DNA of 64,000 nt from the human T2T-CHM13v2.0 reference genome, Homo sapiens (GCF_009914755.1 NC_060939.1); one strand, 5' to 3'. Shown: positions 29,143-43,091, numbered from the stretch's first letter. Numbers and translations are program-made. Notes: generated by a model from the letters alone, not told the origin.

Positions 29143-29258
29143 CTGAGGGAGGCAGAGGAAAGGAATCCCCAGGTGAGAATGTGCATGGAGACCCTGGAGA
29201 GCCAGAAACCCCGCCCTAGCCCCCACCCTGTCCCCCGCCGCCCCAACCCTGGACACAC

Positions 29259-29348
29259 CTTCCACCGCCTGCGGACATACTGCTTCCTGAAGTTCTCCAG
29301 ATTGACCACAGACTCCCTGCGCACCATGGCTTGCTGGTTGTCCACCGG
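29259..29348 (-). CDS. DAPK2: DAPK2 exon (90 nt): PVDNQQAMVRRESVVNLENFRKQYVRRRWK, autoregulatory/calmodulin-binding region
   Basis: ctctgctttgtctctcag acceptor, gtgtgt donor; contains the RRES phosphosite motif (S299) and RRRWK. Confidence 0.97.
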
Positions 29349-30119
29349 CTGAGAGACAAAGCAGAGCATGGCAGCTGATGCTGGGCTTCAGACAGCAGCC
29401 ACCCTCCTCGCCGCAGAACTCCCCACCCACCGCATGCCCACCGCCCTTGGCTTGACCCTGGCATCTCCCCGCCAGGTGGGGCACACCGTGGGAGCATCAC
29501 AGTCAGGGCAACAGCTACACATGTCTCAGCTGTTCAGGAGTTGCCTCTCAGCTATTATTACCACAGCCTGACACACACACAGCCTTGGCTGGAGGCTCAG
29601 CAGCTCCTGAAGGGGAATAGCAGGAGGCAGGCCCTCCAATCGCACATCACTTTGGGGAGAGGGTCATTTTACAGCAGTCTGGGATGCCCTCTGGGCACTG
29701 GGGTGATTCTGGGCTTGGCAAAACAAATGCCTTGTTGGTAGACGGGGAATTCATACTCCATTAAAAAATAAATGGAAGGAAATAAGGGCTTTGATGAAAG
29801 TCAAGAGGCAACAGGATGTGCGGTTGCTTTTCACAGCCTGGCAGTCAGAGCTCAGCTTAAATTTTGACTTCTCCAAGAAGCTTGGGATGGCTTCTCTGAG
29901 CCTCAGTTTCCCCATCTGTAATATGGGGATAATAATATCATGTCACAGGGTTGTTAAGGATTATATGATCATGCATATATAAAGTGCTTAGCCCAGCACC
30001 ACTCAATAAATAGTAATAAGTTATTGTGAGCTTTCCTGCGTTCTCCATTCCCTTTTCAACACCCCCCTTTTGTAAAATAAGGTTTTGTGAAATCAAGAGA
30101 TAGGTTTCAGGGGTTCTGT

Positions 30120-30530
30120 GAACAAAATGTGCCTATATATCCATACAAAGGAATATTAGTCAGAAATACTATTCATAAAAAATTGAGTCCAATACATTTT
30201 ACAACACGGATGAACCTTAAAAACATTATGTTAAATGAAAAAAGCCAGACACAAAAGGCTACCTGCTGTATGATTCAATTTATATAAAATGTCCAGAACA
30301 GACATATCCGTAGAAACAAAGCAGATGGGTAGCTGCCAGGGGCTAGGGAAAGGGGAAAACAGGGAATGGCTACTAAAGGGTATGACATTTCTTCCTGGGG
30401 TAATGTAAATGTTCTGGAATTAGATAGTGATGTGGTTACACAACCTTGTGAGTATACTAAAAACCACTGAACTGTACATTTTAAAATGGTGAATTTTATG
30501 ATATATAAATTATAACTCAATTTTTAAAAT
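30120..30530 (+). mobile_element. L1MB-type 3'-end fragment
   Basis: ggatgaaccttaaaaacattatg...actaaaaaccactgaactgtacattttaaaatggtgaatttt. Confidence 0.85.
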
Positions 30531-32102
30531 TTAGTATGTATGTACAGACATGCATTTCTTTGGAGGAGAGTCAATAGCTTTTATCGATTCTCAAAGGCCC
30601 CCATGACCTCAAGAAAATGAACTGCCTAGAATGATTCCAAAGGTCCCGGGCAGCTCTGGTTTTCTCTCTGCTCTGACAGCCTTCCTGCCGCAATGCCTCA
30701 TTCACCTGGTGAATGCTAAGCGAGGGAGCCTATTGATTCCCAAGCGTGGGTCTTGTCTCCTAACCATGCTCGGAGCACACCTCCACGCTTGATTTTTCAT
30801 CATGGCATCAGGGACCGGAAGAAAGCCAGTGCACACTGCTGGCCACGCTGCTCTGGAGCTGGCAGCCTCTGGCAGGAGGTCCATCCCATGGCAGCCCCTG
30901 CTGCCCATCCCCCTGGAAGGCCTTCAAGTATTTCAAAGCCCAATTCAGACATGATCTCCTCCAAGACAAATTCCAGAAAATCATGTCTCCCTCCCTGACA
31001 TGAACAAGACACATGTATGCTCCTTTATGAAGTCCAGCACCTCTCAGAACCAGCCTTGCAGAGGAATCACCCCACTCCTGGAAAATGACTGGAGGGCACA
31101 GACTTTCTTCCTGTCTATGTCAATGCCCTGCCCTACTCTCCTCCCAACCCGGGACCTACAACAGTGAGTGCTTAATAGTTGTATGGTTAAGTCATTTCCC
31201 TGAGCTGTTGGAGAGATAAGTTGGAATGAAATCCCAGGACCTGGGACCTACTCACTCCCACTGATGAGGGGCCCAGGTCACCTGGTCAGCCCAGTCACAC
31301 CACCTTGAAAGGGTGTCAGGGCACAAAGGTTCCCCATGGCTCTGCCCAGGAGTCAGTAGGATGTACAGCTCCGGGGCGGGGGGTGGGGTGACCCAAAGCT
31401 GGAGGGGGAGTGCATGCAACCTGGAAGTGGATGGGAGATGAGAAAACCTGGGGCTATTCACCCTCCGAAACTGAAGCACAGTGCTTTTGGGCCAAAGAGT
31501 ACAGAAGGAAAGAGAGGAGGGGAAGGAGAAAGACAAGGAATGGGAAGAGAAAAGGACAAGGCTGCCGGAGGAACCAGCAGGCCATGTCCAGCCCTCTAGA
31601 TCCTGTCTTTAACTGTCTGTCACCCACTCTGTGCACCTGCAAGCCCAGCCCTGGGTCTAGTCCCCCCCTGGAAGGGAGGCACAAAAGTGGATGGAGGGTG
31701 ACCAATCTGTGCTGAAAACCTTGCCTTTTCCCTTCTCCAAGCCTTCCAGTGGCTTCCCTGTGCCCTCTATACATCCCCACGAGCTCATGGAGACCCTCAA
31801 GGCCTGTACCCTCCACCCTGATTTTCTACCTCTCTCCTTCCTGTCCATTTGGCTCCCATCGCACAGGTCCACTTGCTGGTCTGTGAATCCAAAGTCTCCG
31901 GGTCTTTGCCCTTGCTCTCTCCTATACTCACTTTATCACCTTGTTCAAGTCTTTGCTCAAATGTTATCTCCTAAGGGAAGCCTTCCTTGACCACCCTATA
32001 TAAAGTAGCAAGCCAACTTCCCCCATGATTCACTATGCCGGGGCACTAAATCTTCATTACACGTGGTGCTACCCAATATTCTATTCTGTATTTATTCACA
32101 TT

Positions 32103-32415
32103 CAGTCCTCAGTATCCTTGAAGGGTTGGTTCTAGGACTGCCGCAGATACCAAAATCCATGGATGCTCAAGTCCCTTATTATAAAATGGTGTGGTATTTG
32201 CATATAACCTACACATACCCTCCCCTAATGCTTTAAATCATCTCTAGATTACTTATAATAGCAAATATGATATAAATGCTATGTAAATAGTTGTCACACT
32301 GTATTATTTGCATTTATTATTGTAATGTTATTTTTATTTTTACTTTTTGCGTATTTCTGATCTGTGGTTGACTGAATCTGAGGATGTGGAACTTGCAGGT
32401 AGGGAGGGCTGACTG
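32103..32415. mobile_element. MER2 (Tigger-family MITE)
   Basis: gataccaaaatccatggatgctcaagtccctta...gtatttgcatataaccta; cagtc...gactg termini. Confidence 0.85.
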
Positions 32416-34231
32416 CTTGTTTTTTGTTAGTCCTCTCTCCCTTGCACCTCCAAGCTCCTAGAATCTCGTTTCCAAGGTGCTTAGCACCCTCCCCAACCCA
32501 TCAACCATTTCTAAGTCTAACTTCACTGATGTCTGCAATTCCCCTGGGCATGAATGACCTTTGAGCCTAACCCTCACAGGGGCACCTGCACCTCACAAGG
32601 AGAGTTTGCTCAGATGGGATTAGTAGACTCTGGGGGAGAAGAGATTTCTTTTTGCCCACTTACTGATTGGCACCCTCACCCAGGGGAGGAAGAGCTAAGC
32701 CCATGGCTGGAAGGTCAACTTGCAGGTGTGGGGAATCTCGTTAATGAGAATCCCACCCTCCTCCTGGCCCAGCAGTGCCAGCCACTGAGCAGAGGGGCCC
32801 AGCTAAAATGTCAGGTGAGATCATTCCCAGAGGCTATTAATGGGAGGTGATGCAATTCTTTTGAGGGCCCTGTTTATAGCTACACACAACACCACCAACC
32901 CTGAGGAGGCAGCATGGGGCTATCATTCTGTCAGGCTGGCCTTTCCTAATCAATGGGCCTTCCTGGTTGTTAAGAGCCCCACCAAACGCTGATGCTGACA
33001 TCTCAGCCTGGAAAGATGTAAATTCTGCAGCAGAGGTGAAAATTCTGCAGCAAAATTGTTCCCAGAGGGAATGTGGCACAAACACTTTTGATTCGACTTG
33101 GGGTGTGAGGGGGAGATGGAACTGTGTCCTGCCTTCTCCTGACCCGCCCCTCCCTGCAAACAGAAAGTGCCCGCCTTCTGGCCTTGTGGTCCATCCGTGA
33201 TACCAGGGAGCACTGGGTGATTCTGACCAGGCTCCTAGGAGTGTGTTTGGTGTCTTGGAAAAATGTCCAAAAGGGAAGCAAGAAGACAGAAAACTGTGGG
33301 GTAGTCAAGTTTTGTTTATGCAGCTGCAAATGCCTTTGAAAAAGTCCAGTGGGGTGTGCCAGGTCAGTACCAACATCCACAGGCAGGGGCAGGAAGCAGC
33401 AGCCGCTGCTAAGGCATGAAAAAGGAATCCTGGCTTTACTGAAGAGGCGACTCCCCCAACTCCACCCCCCACACAACGATTTTCTCTAGATACTAGGTCT
33501 TCTTTAGGAACTGCAAGCAGATTGCACCTCCAACCCCCATCTGTGCCATCTCTCCAGCCCCTTACTCCAGTGAAAGCCAGGGCACTCTCACACCCACTTC
33601 TCTCCTGCCCAGGACCCCTCCCCGCTGCCCTTCCCTCAATGGAGTTTTATAGGTGGCACCCCTCCACCCCTCCCCTTCGCTGGATGTTTTGATGGCTGAA
33701 GCCTGGGCTCTGCTGCCTTCACCCACCTGTTTTCCCAGGAAAGGAGCACATGGGGCTTGTGGGAGGCTTGAGGCTCTGCCTCCTCCTAAGTGGGAGGGAC
33801 AGCTGCAGAAAGGCTGTGAGCCTGATGGCTGTCCCCTACAGTGAACAAGCCAGTGGAAGGAGGCAGAAACATTCCTTTCCTTGCTTGGCCTGGTCTCACA
33901 TTTCTGAGTTAGGTCTTGACATGGATACGCTCTGTTTTTTATTCTTCTATGGGACCATCAGTTTTCTGAGCAATTTTTTGTCCCCAGGAAAAGCTTCAAA
34001 GGTTCTTCCTTTTGTACTGTTATAAAACCCAAGAGACTTGAGAGACGTAGCAACCAAATGCCACATGTGGACTGTTTGGATCCTGATTTGAACAAACCAG
34101 CTGTAATGGGACACTGTTGGGAGTGGTGGGGACATGTGAGGATGGAATGGGAATCCAGATGAGATGAAGGAATTATTGCTGATTTTGTCAAGTGTGATAA
34201 TGGCATGGGGTTGTATTAAAAAGAAAGTCCT

Positions 34232-34546
<315 letters not shown>

Positions 34547-35634
34547 ATCCTTAGCAGAGATTTATGCTGGAGAACTTATGAGTTAAATAAGTCTGAAATT
34601 TGCTTTAAAATACCCCAGAAGAAAAGTAATGGGAGAGATGAATGAAAGAGGACCCGCATGACTTGATTCCTGCTGGAGCGGGGTCATAGGTCCTGGAATC
34701 CACTATCCCATTCCTTATACTTCTGTGCAAGTTTTGGCAATTTTCCTGCTGAGGGGACCATAACAAAAAGTTTAAAACACTCTTTTAAATCTGTGTAATC
34801 TCCCTCTCTTTAATCTCCATTCAACTGTTCCAAGTTCCTAACCCCAATCTTGGCTCAGCCCCACCCCCCTTCCAGATTTTACTCATGCCTTCCTCAAGGG
34901 ACACAGCTTGGGAGTGGAGGAGGGCGGTCACTGGTGGGGACGGCGTCCCTGGGAAGGCCTCTCTTCTCTGCAACCCTCTTACCCTTTCTCAATCAGAATT
35001 CCTCTCTCCTTTGATTTCTAGGAGATGAGGAAGCTCTATTTTATCACTCACCATAGCTTTTCCAATCTAGTTGGCTGGGTCCCCATCTGCCCCAGACACT
35101 GAATCTTTTATTTGAGGTTATCTTGTCCTTGTCTGTCACCTCCCCCTGAGCCAGAGCACAATCAGTGTTTGTTCAACGGGACTGGACCCTTTTGCAACGT
35201 GAACATGCCCACTGCTGGGTCAGGAATTTCATGGACCAAGGAAAAAAGGCATCCAGTCCCACAGACATTTACAGAAGATTGACAGTAGGGGTGACAGCTG
35301 GGCACACAGCCACCTCCAGCAAGGGCCGGGCCACCTGTGCTGCGTGATGGAGTGAGGTAGGAAGCCACCATCTTCATGATCACCTGTAAGGGAGGGGAGG
35401 GGGCCCATGGGGGAGACTCCAGCTCTTTCTGCCATTATTCCTCTGCTCCATCCCTTCACTGCCAGGCTCCCACAGCTGCAGAATCATCGATTACCAAACC
35501 ATCACCCCACCTTCTGACACACAGTCAGGCAATGCTAGGCTGTGAGCACCTGCCTCACAGCAGGGACAGGCAGCTGCCTTCCCCAAGGGCCAGCTTGCCA
35601 GCTTCCTTGAGAATTGTTATTCAGGGCAATGTCA

Positions 35635-36029
<395 letters not shown>

Positions 36030-36518
36030 TTAAAAATCCTCAATGGCAGAGGGGCCTGCCCACAGAGCAGCACCCACAAGCCTTCCTTCCTCTAGGCACC
36101 AGCGAAACAGTCCATTCTCACAGCCCTTCCCGCCATTGTTAGCCCTCCACACTGTTGTAAAAAGTCAGCTGAGGGCGTGTGGGGAGCAGAGATAAGCAGG
36201 TCCTGTGGCTGCATCCCACAGGCCCCCGGGCTCCCCCAGCATCAGGTTCCAATGCCATGGAAGGACGGGACTTCAGCTGGCCAGGACACAGAGGAAGGTC
36301 ATGGTCTCCTCTGCTTTCCCCAAAAGACTTGGGGGCATTTCTCAACTCTCTTTCATTTGTCTTTAGAAGCTCTTTGTACAGAAAAAGGTCTGTTTACGAC
36401 ACGTCTAAGTGAGAAACAGTTACAGTGACTGGACATGAGCATAGAGAGGACGATGTCACTGCTATAAGGAAAACCACTTAGAGTTCGGAGTCCAGCTCAC
36501 GGCCAACTAAATGGGTGA

Positions 36519-36938
<420 letters not shown>

Positions 36939-38896
36939 GCATTCTATTTTGACCTTCACTAAAAAGCTTGCCCTGTGTTGCCCCATCAGTGGCTTCCTCT
37001 CCTTAGAAACCTGGCTGTGTGAAGGTCAAGGTCTGTTAACATGGCCAAAGGGACATTTAATATTTGCAGTGTCTCAGCACCAAACAAGTATACAACTTCC
37101 CGTGACAGGGCAGGTAAGACCTTGGAGAGACTGTAGACAGGTCATTTGAACCAATTCTCTGGGGTAAGATGTAGGAAATGGAGCTTTTGCCATCTTTCAT
37201 TGGTTCCAAGATATACATTTTTGGATCGCTGAAGTCAGGAGGCATCTCCCAGATGATGGTATCATATTCTTACTGTTGGCCCGGACAGAAGGCAGGTGCT
37301 CCGGGAGAGGATAGTACTGTTTTTGCCAGCCATCCAGGGCCACCCAGCCTCAGACTGTTGGACATTACACTCTCTGCTTGATGTTCTTTTGGATCACACT
37401 GATAGTGCAAATTCAGAAAGCAAACCTGCATGAGTACCACCGGCTTGGGACTCCTGTTCTCAGGGAAGGATTTTTCACCCCCATTTAGTGTCAAGGTTGA
37501 GATGCATGGGTTTCCTTGCTCCCCCTTTCTGCATGGTGGCTCTATTTCTCATTTACCCTCTCATTGAGGGCATCACAGCTTTATGTGGTGGGGGTAGAGA
37601 GAGTTTCCTATTAGACGCCCCATCTTGGGCCTTTTTTCTTAGTGGTCCATAAAATGATGATGCATCTTATCACCACGGTTTCTCATAGCTGATGAAGTAA
37701 GTTTCTGTTACAAATATTGTATATGATATTTGAAATGATCCTTCATGCATATAGAAAAGGAGACAGGATTCTGAAGAAATGGTTTCATGAGATGAAGCTT
37801 TCCTGTCTTGTCCTAAACCACTTCCTGTCTGAGCTGTTCACGGGGCATTCCCTCCCCAGCACCTGGAACCCGCTGGCTTCTCATGACTTTCGGGATAAGG
37901 GCAGAGCTCTTCCACATGGCCAAAGCCCTGCTGCTCCTGCTTGTTCTCCGGTCATTTCCGCACTGTATTCCTATTCTCTCCCCTCCAGCTTTCAGTCCTC
38001 ACATTCTCAACCTTCCACACCGCCTCTCATCACAGAGCTCTGGTATGATGGCTCTGTTGGGAAACTTCTCTCTCCCTGGTTGGCTTAGCTGACCTCCGTT
38101 CCAGTGTCACTGCTTCAGGACGCTTCCCCCGATGCTGTCAGACCCTGACGGCAGGCCCCTGCAGTGCTATGTGCTTCTCTCCCAGCATGAACACAAGCTG
38201 CAGCTCTATCTCTCTGTGATTCTTGGTCAATGTTCAAATCCTTCGCTGGACTGAGCACTCCGTGAGACAGGAATCAGGCCTATTTTTACTAAACATTGTA
38301 TCCCCAGAGTCAAGCCGGGCATCTGGAAGTTGGTTGGTGCCTAAGTATAATTTATAAATGGATGGATGAATCCAGGTGTGAGCTGCCCCCACAAGCAGGG
38401 AGTAAACTTCTGGAGCCTGGCGCAGCCAGGGGAAGCAGAAAGAGCAACAGACTTGTCATTAGAAGGTCTCTACTTTTGCCATAATGATGTGACCTTGGGA
38501 AAATCCCATCCTCTCCCTGTTTCCTCAGCTCTAAATTGGGAATATCGTTTAGTCTGCCTCTAAGATAGGGATGTTTTGTGAGGCCATGAAGACACTTTGA
38601 ACTATACAAGTTATGCCCCTACCCACAAGCTTCTAGCTCAGCACTAGGCTCATATGCCATGCTCTGTTGACATGAGTTGGTTGACTGTCCCCTCCCCCAG
38701 AGAAAGGGAGATGAGATCTTATAATCCTTGGGGAGGGGTGCTCAAAGCTTTGGGTCATGAAACGACCATGTGGCCTTGTGCTTCCCCATCTTTATGTTTG
38801 CCCTTTTCAAAAACCCTCATGGAACTTCTTAGGCCTTCAAGGCCCAATGGCCTAGGTACATAAGAAAAGGAACCTCCTGTTGAGGACCTTCTGGCC

Positions 38897-38902
38897 TTTA
38901 TT
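38897..38902 (-). terminator. Candidate poly(A) signal for the beta terminal exon (alternative ATTAAA at 39145-39140)
   Basis: First AATAAA downstream of the beta stop (~1 kb), followed by U-rich ttccttttctt. Confidence 0.4.
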
Positions 38903-39886
38903 CTCGACACAGAGTTGGGGCCGTTAGCCAGAAGAGGAGAAAGGGTGGAGAATGGGAAGACTCCTTCCTTCCTTCTCTCCTGCTTGCAGGCTGGTCTTCA
39001 GACAGAGACAGGGATGGGTAGGGACAATGACTTTGCCTTCTGGGACAGAGCTCCTGGGACAATCATCTGCAGGTGTATGCATTCCACCTACACCTGGCAG
39101 AATACATGAAGTTGCTTACTTTACCTCTGGGACCTGGACTTTAATATTAAGGTAGATATTTACAGCAAAGCCTTACTACTTTCTCCCATATACCTCATCT
39201 TAGAGATGGGCATCCTGGGTTTCTGTTTCATCTGTATTGATTGACTATATCATTTTCCCTCTCTGAGTCAATTTTCTCATCAGTTACATGTAAATAATAA
39301 TAATAATAATGCCACCCACCTTCCTATCTCACTGAGTTCTTTTAAGGACCAAGTGAGGTCATTTGTCAGACATGAGTGCTTGGTAAGTGAAAAATCAATG
39401 CAAACGAAAGGCAATATTATTTTCTCTATGCATTGTAAATCCCTGCTTCTGTAGCAGGAAAGCACCATGCTGACTTAGTTATTCCTAATTAACTCAAATA
39501 TTACCCAAGATCTACAGTCCATAAGGTATGTAGGCAGAAAGTGAGATATGAACAAATCCTTCATCACAAATCAATTCTCAAGCATTTCCCCAGGGCCAGC
39601 CATCCTCCCTCTGCAGAAGGGGTCCCTGAGGGGTACTCACTCTCTAATTGTTTTAACAGCTTGGCTGCCCTGCCAGAGCCCTCCCAGAAAACCAGATTGG
39701 TGAGGGGAGGTGCAGAATGAAGAATTAACTGGCACCTCAGCAATTCTGGATTCTGTGGAGGGGCTGGAAGGCTATACTACAGACACACACCCCTGCAGGA
39801 TAATTCTAGCTGGAGGCCGCAGCAGGGTGGATGAGAACATGCTTCTGCAAACCTCTTGGGATGCATCACTGACTGGATTCTGGCGA

Positions 39887-40495
39887 TTAGAGCTTCCAGC
39901 CTGCCAGAAATTCCTCAGTGCATGATCTGCTGAGCAGCTCTGACAGGGATTCACTGGTGTCCTGGTAGAATGTGGAGCCCAGGCCCTCAGAGCTCCCACT
40001 CTCCAGCTGGAAGCTGCCCACCAGCTCCTGAATCCACTGCAGGTCTGCGGAGAGCTCCTGCCTCAGAATCTCAAACTGGGCTTGCAGATGGTCCAGTTTC
40101 CTGGCCATGCTTCCGAGGCTACATCCCGTGGCCTGGATGTCTTCTCGCAGCAGCTTCTTCAATGACTCCACCTTGCGGAACTCATACCTGAGCTGGGACA
40201 GGTCATGCCGGGCGCTCTCATTCTCCTCTCGGTACCAAGCTTCCTTCTCATTGAAGATGGAGACCAGGGCCTCCACATCGTCCTGGATGGTATCGTGGGC
40301 CTCCACCAGGGCACGGCATCCCAGGTCCACCCGAGCCACGTCTTCCACCACACAGGCAAAACGCTCGAAGTTGACATAGGAGTTGTTGGGAGGCATGCTT
40401 GAGTGGCATTTGAGAGTGTACTCTCTCAGGTGCTTGGTCTTCAGCTGGGTGGGCTCTGTCTTCCGCTGTTCAGGGGCTCTGCCTTCTCCTTTTGA
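39887..40495 (-). CDS. DAPK2: Alternative terminal exon of DAPK2 (DRP-1beta): 202-aa ZIPK/DAPK3-like coiled-coil/leucine-zipper tail SKGEGRAPEQRKTEPTQLKTKHLREYTLKCHSSMPPNNSYVNFERF...LAGWKL*
   Basis: Open 609-nt frame after ttaac...ttcttctgtctgaacacccaccag acceptor, phase 0 matching the HPWIT exon. Strong similarity to the recalled DAPK3 C-terminus (EYTIKSHSSLPPNNSY.DFERF, DVEAL..I..EKEAWYREE). 286+202 = 488 aa, the recalled beta-isoform length. Confidence 0.93.
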   Translation of the reverse strand, partial: SKGEGRAPEQRKTEPTQLKTKHLREYTLKCHSSMPPNNSYVNFERFACVVEDVARVDLGCRALVEAHDTIQDDVEALVSIFNEKEAWYREENESARHDLSQLRYEFRKVESLKKLLREDIQATGCSLGSMARKLDHLQAQFEILRQELSADLQWIQELVGSFQLESGSSEGLGSTFYQDTSESLSELLSRSCTEEFLAGWKL

Positions 40496-41967
40496 CTGGT
40501 GGGTGTTCAGACAGAAGAATCAGAGTGTTAATTTGCCGCCCACCCCAGAGGGCAGTCCAAAGGGTAGGCAGAAGGCACACAAGCGGCCTCTGGCATTCAC
40601 TGCATGCGTCAGGCCATGGGGAGAACCAGGGTGGGATGAGCACCTCCTTAGGCCATAAGTGAGGTCAAGGAGTGTGGGGGTGCTGTCTGCATGCTCATTC
40701 AGGGCAGAAGGGTCCACAGCCATTAGAGAGAGCTCCACACACATAGCATTTAAGGGGTGCTCACGCAGACAAGCAGGCTGCAGCCAGGACTCCGCAGGCA
40801 TCTGCGCAGGGCTGGAGCACGCAAGGCCAGGGCTCACGCAGCAGGGCTGAGGAGCATCTCTCCTTCAGGGCTCCTTGGGCCTTCCCCATCCTTCAATGAG
40901 CTGATGAAGCTGAGCAGATAAAGCTGACCTCTTCCCAGACGACTCCAGCCCTCCCTGTTCTGTCTTCCACAGGCCTCACCTTCTCTTTGTATTGATTGAT
41001 TGATTATTATTTTTTAGAGAGATGGGGTCTTGGCATGTTGCTCAAGTTGGTCTTGAACTCCTGGGCTCAAGTCATCCTTCTGCTGCCTCGGCCTCCCAAA
41101 GTGCTGGGATTACAGGCATGAGCCACTGCACCTGGCCTGCCTCACCTTTTCTTATCTCCACCTTTCTTATGGTCATTTCATCCTTGCTGGCCTTCTCACA
41201 TAACAGTTAAGGTGAATGGGAAGTCTGGTGACGTCCCTGGGTGTGCATAGCTGGTCAGTCAGCAGAATTAGGGCCTGAATCCTGCTGAGTCTCACCCTCT
41301 CAAAGTGCTCTTCACCACACCAGACCACAAGAGCCTCTGGAAAGCCAGCAGCTGACTGGAAAGCCAGCAGGAAGCCCGACTGCAAGGCGAGTTAGGCAGG
41401 GATTCATTTTTTTGCCCTGACTCTCCCCAGAGGGAACAGAATTGCCCTAACAGTGGCTGTCTCTCTTCCCCACCAGGCCTCTGTCTCAGGCCCCATTCCT
41501 CAGGGCCTGAGGAGGTGGGTGGCTGATTTAAGTGTCATCCTTGACTTAGAGCCCCAAAAATCAGAAGGAAGGAGGCCTGGTCACAAAGTGGGGGTTTTCA
41601 ATTGTCATCTATCTTTCTACACCTGGGGAGTCCTGATTTCCACTTGGAGAAGTGGCAGTGACATACCCTTCAACAAAGAACACTGTGTAAGTTGGCCCCA
41701 AAGAAAAAGGGTTTCAACTGTGGTTTGTGAGGGTTTCATTTCATAAGTTACCTGAATTTGAGACACACAAACTTAAAATAGCAAGCAAATAAACCTATTC
41801 GAATAAGCCCAGGCCCTCTGGGGCCCCTGGCTAGCTTTCATCTGTGCCCAGGGTCAGTGTTTAAAGCAAAGGCCTCTCCATGGGCCCTCTGCATCTGGCT
41901 GCCCAGGCCAACCCTGGCGACAGAGCAGGGACCCTTTGCCCATTGGAACTCATGGCTGTGCCCTTAC

Positions 41968-42013
41968 CGTGATCCAGGGGTGTCTGAGAGCCTCTTGGAT
42001 TGTGAGCCGTTTC
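41968..42013 (-). CDS. DAPK2: DAPK2 exon (46 nt): (R)KRLTIQEALRHPWIT, end of kinase domain
   Basis: HPWI kinase C-terminal motif; ttgcag acceptor, gtaagg donor; ends in phase 0. Confidence 0.97.
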
Positions 42014-42827
42014 CTGCAATGAGGATTGGGAAACAGTGATGATCCATGAGGACAGAAGTTGGGAGCAACCATCTCCGTTCTCACTCTTTTTAGACCTATA
42101 TTTTGGCATTATTTGGCCACTGCCGTCAAACCAGTGGAATGGAGGATGCAGAGATGGATGGGAGCTGGCTGCAAATCCTGCACTCCAGGGGAAGGAAGCA
42201 GTCCAGACAGACCCCTCAATAGAGTGGCCTTGTTACCTACACCCATACTATTAGTCCCAAAGCTGAAAGGCCTAAGAAGAGTCATAAATGCTCCAATGAG
42301 CTTCCAGAATCTTCCAAAAGCCAACTCTCCATTGCTAAATCCCTGGTCTGTTTTTCTGTTTGCCTCCTGGATCCGTTCTCTGCCTTTCGCTGCTCTGTAC
42401 CCAGGTAAGCAACTCTCCCTAGCACTGTTCTTAGACAGGAAAATCAGGGCCCTTGCACTCCAGACAACCCCACTCTGGCCCTCTCTGAAGTCTGTGGGAT
42501 GGAGAGGACATGGTGTTCTAGTCTGTGGACCTTTCTTCCTGCCCCATCCAGAGCATGCTCTGGGTACCCAGCGCCCTGCAATTCCCTGCCTATTTCCTTC
42601 TTTGACCCCACAGCCACGGGACTCACCCTGGCCCCTGGAGAAGGGATAGGGTTAGCATGTCTTCCACCATCCCACTGTACTGACCTCTCTGAGCCTACCA
42701 GCTCCTACTCCCAACCTGAACTGGCTTGAAAACCCTGCCACTTAAACTTTTCAAATCTGAATTCCAGGTGCCTTTGGGACAGACTGCACAAGGTAATCAG
42801 CCCTAAAGAAACCCAGGCTGACTTGTA

Positions 42828-42828
42828 G

Positions 42829-42874
<46 letters not shown>
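42828..42874. repeat. GCGCGCG(CA)20 microsatellite
   Basis: 47 nt of alternating purine-pyrimidine sequence, read directly. Confidence 0.95.
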
Positions 42875-42875
<1 letters not shown>

Positions 42876-43091
42876 TATTTACATTTCAACAGGAGAAGAA
42901 AGCAGAAAGACTTGAGCAAACAAGATGAATGCCACGTCTTGGCTAGGCCACACTTTCCAGCACCTGCCCGGATTAGACCACAACAGTGCAGATGACAGCT
43001 ATGTCAAAGTGGGGACATACTGACAGGTCTTTGACAGAGGCGACAGGAAGGGATCAGTACCTGAGAAACCAGTGGCTTCTCTGTCCTCTTA

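Noticed and set aside
31275-31288. AGGTCA-cc-TGGTCA DR2-like nuclear-receptor element near a GC box
   Set aside because: Imperfect second half-site; expected by chance in 64 kb.
42059-42649. 196-aa + strand ORF antisense to a DAPK2 intron
   Set aside because: Non-ATG start and no recognisable homology; consistent with chance.
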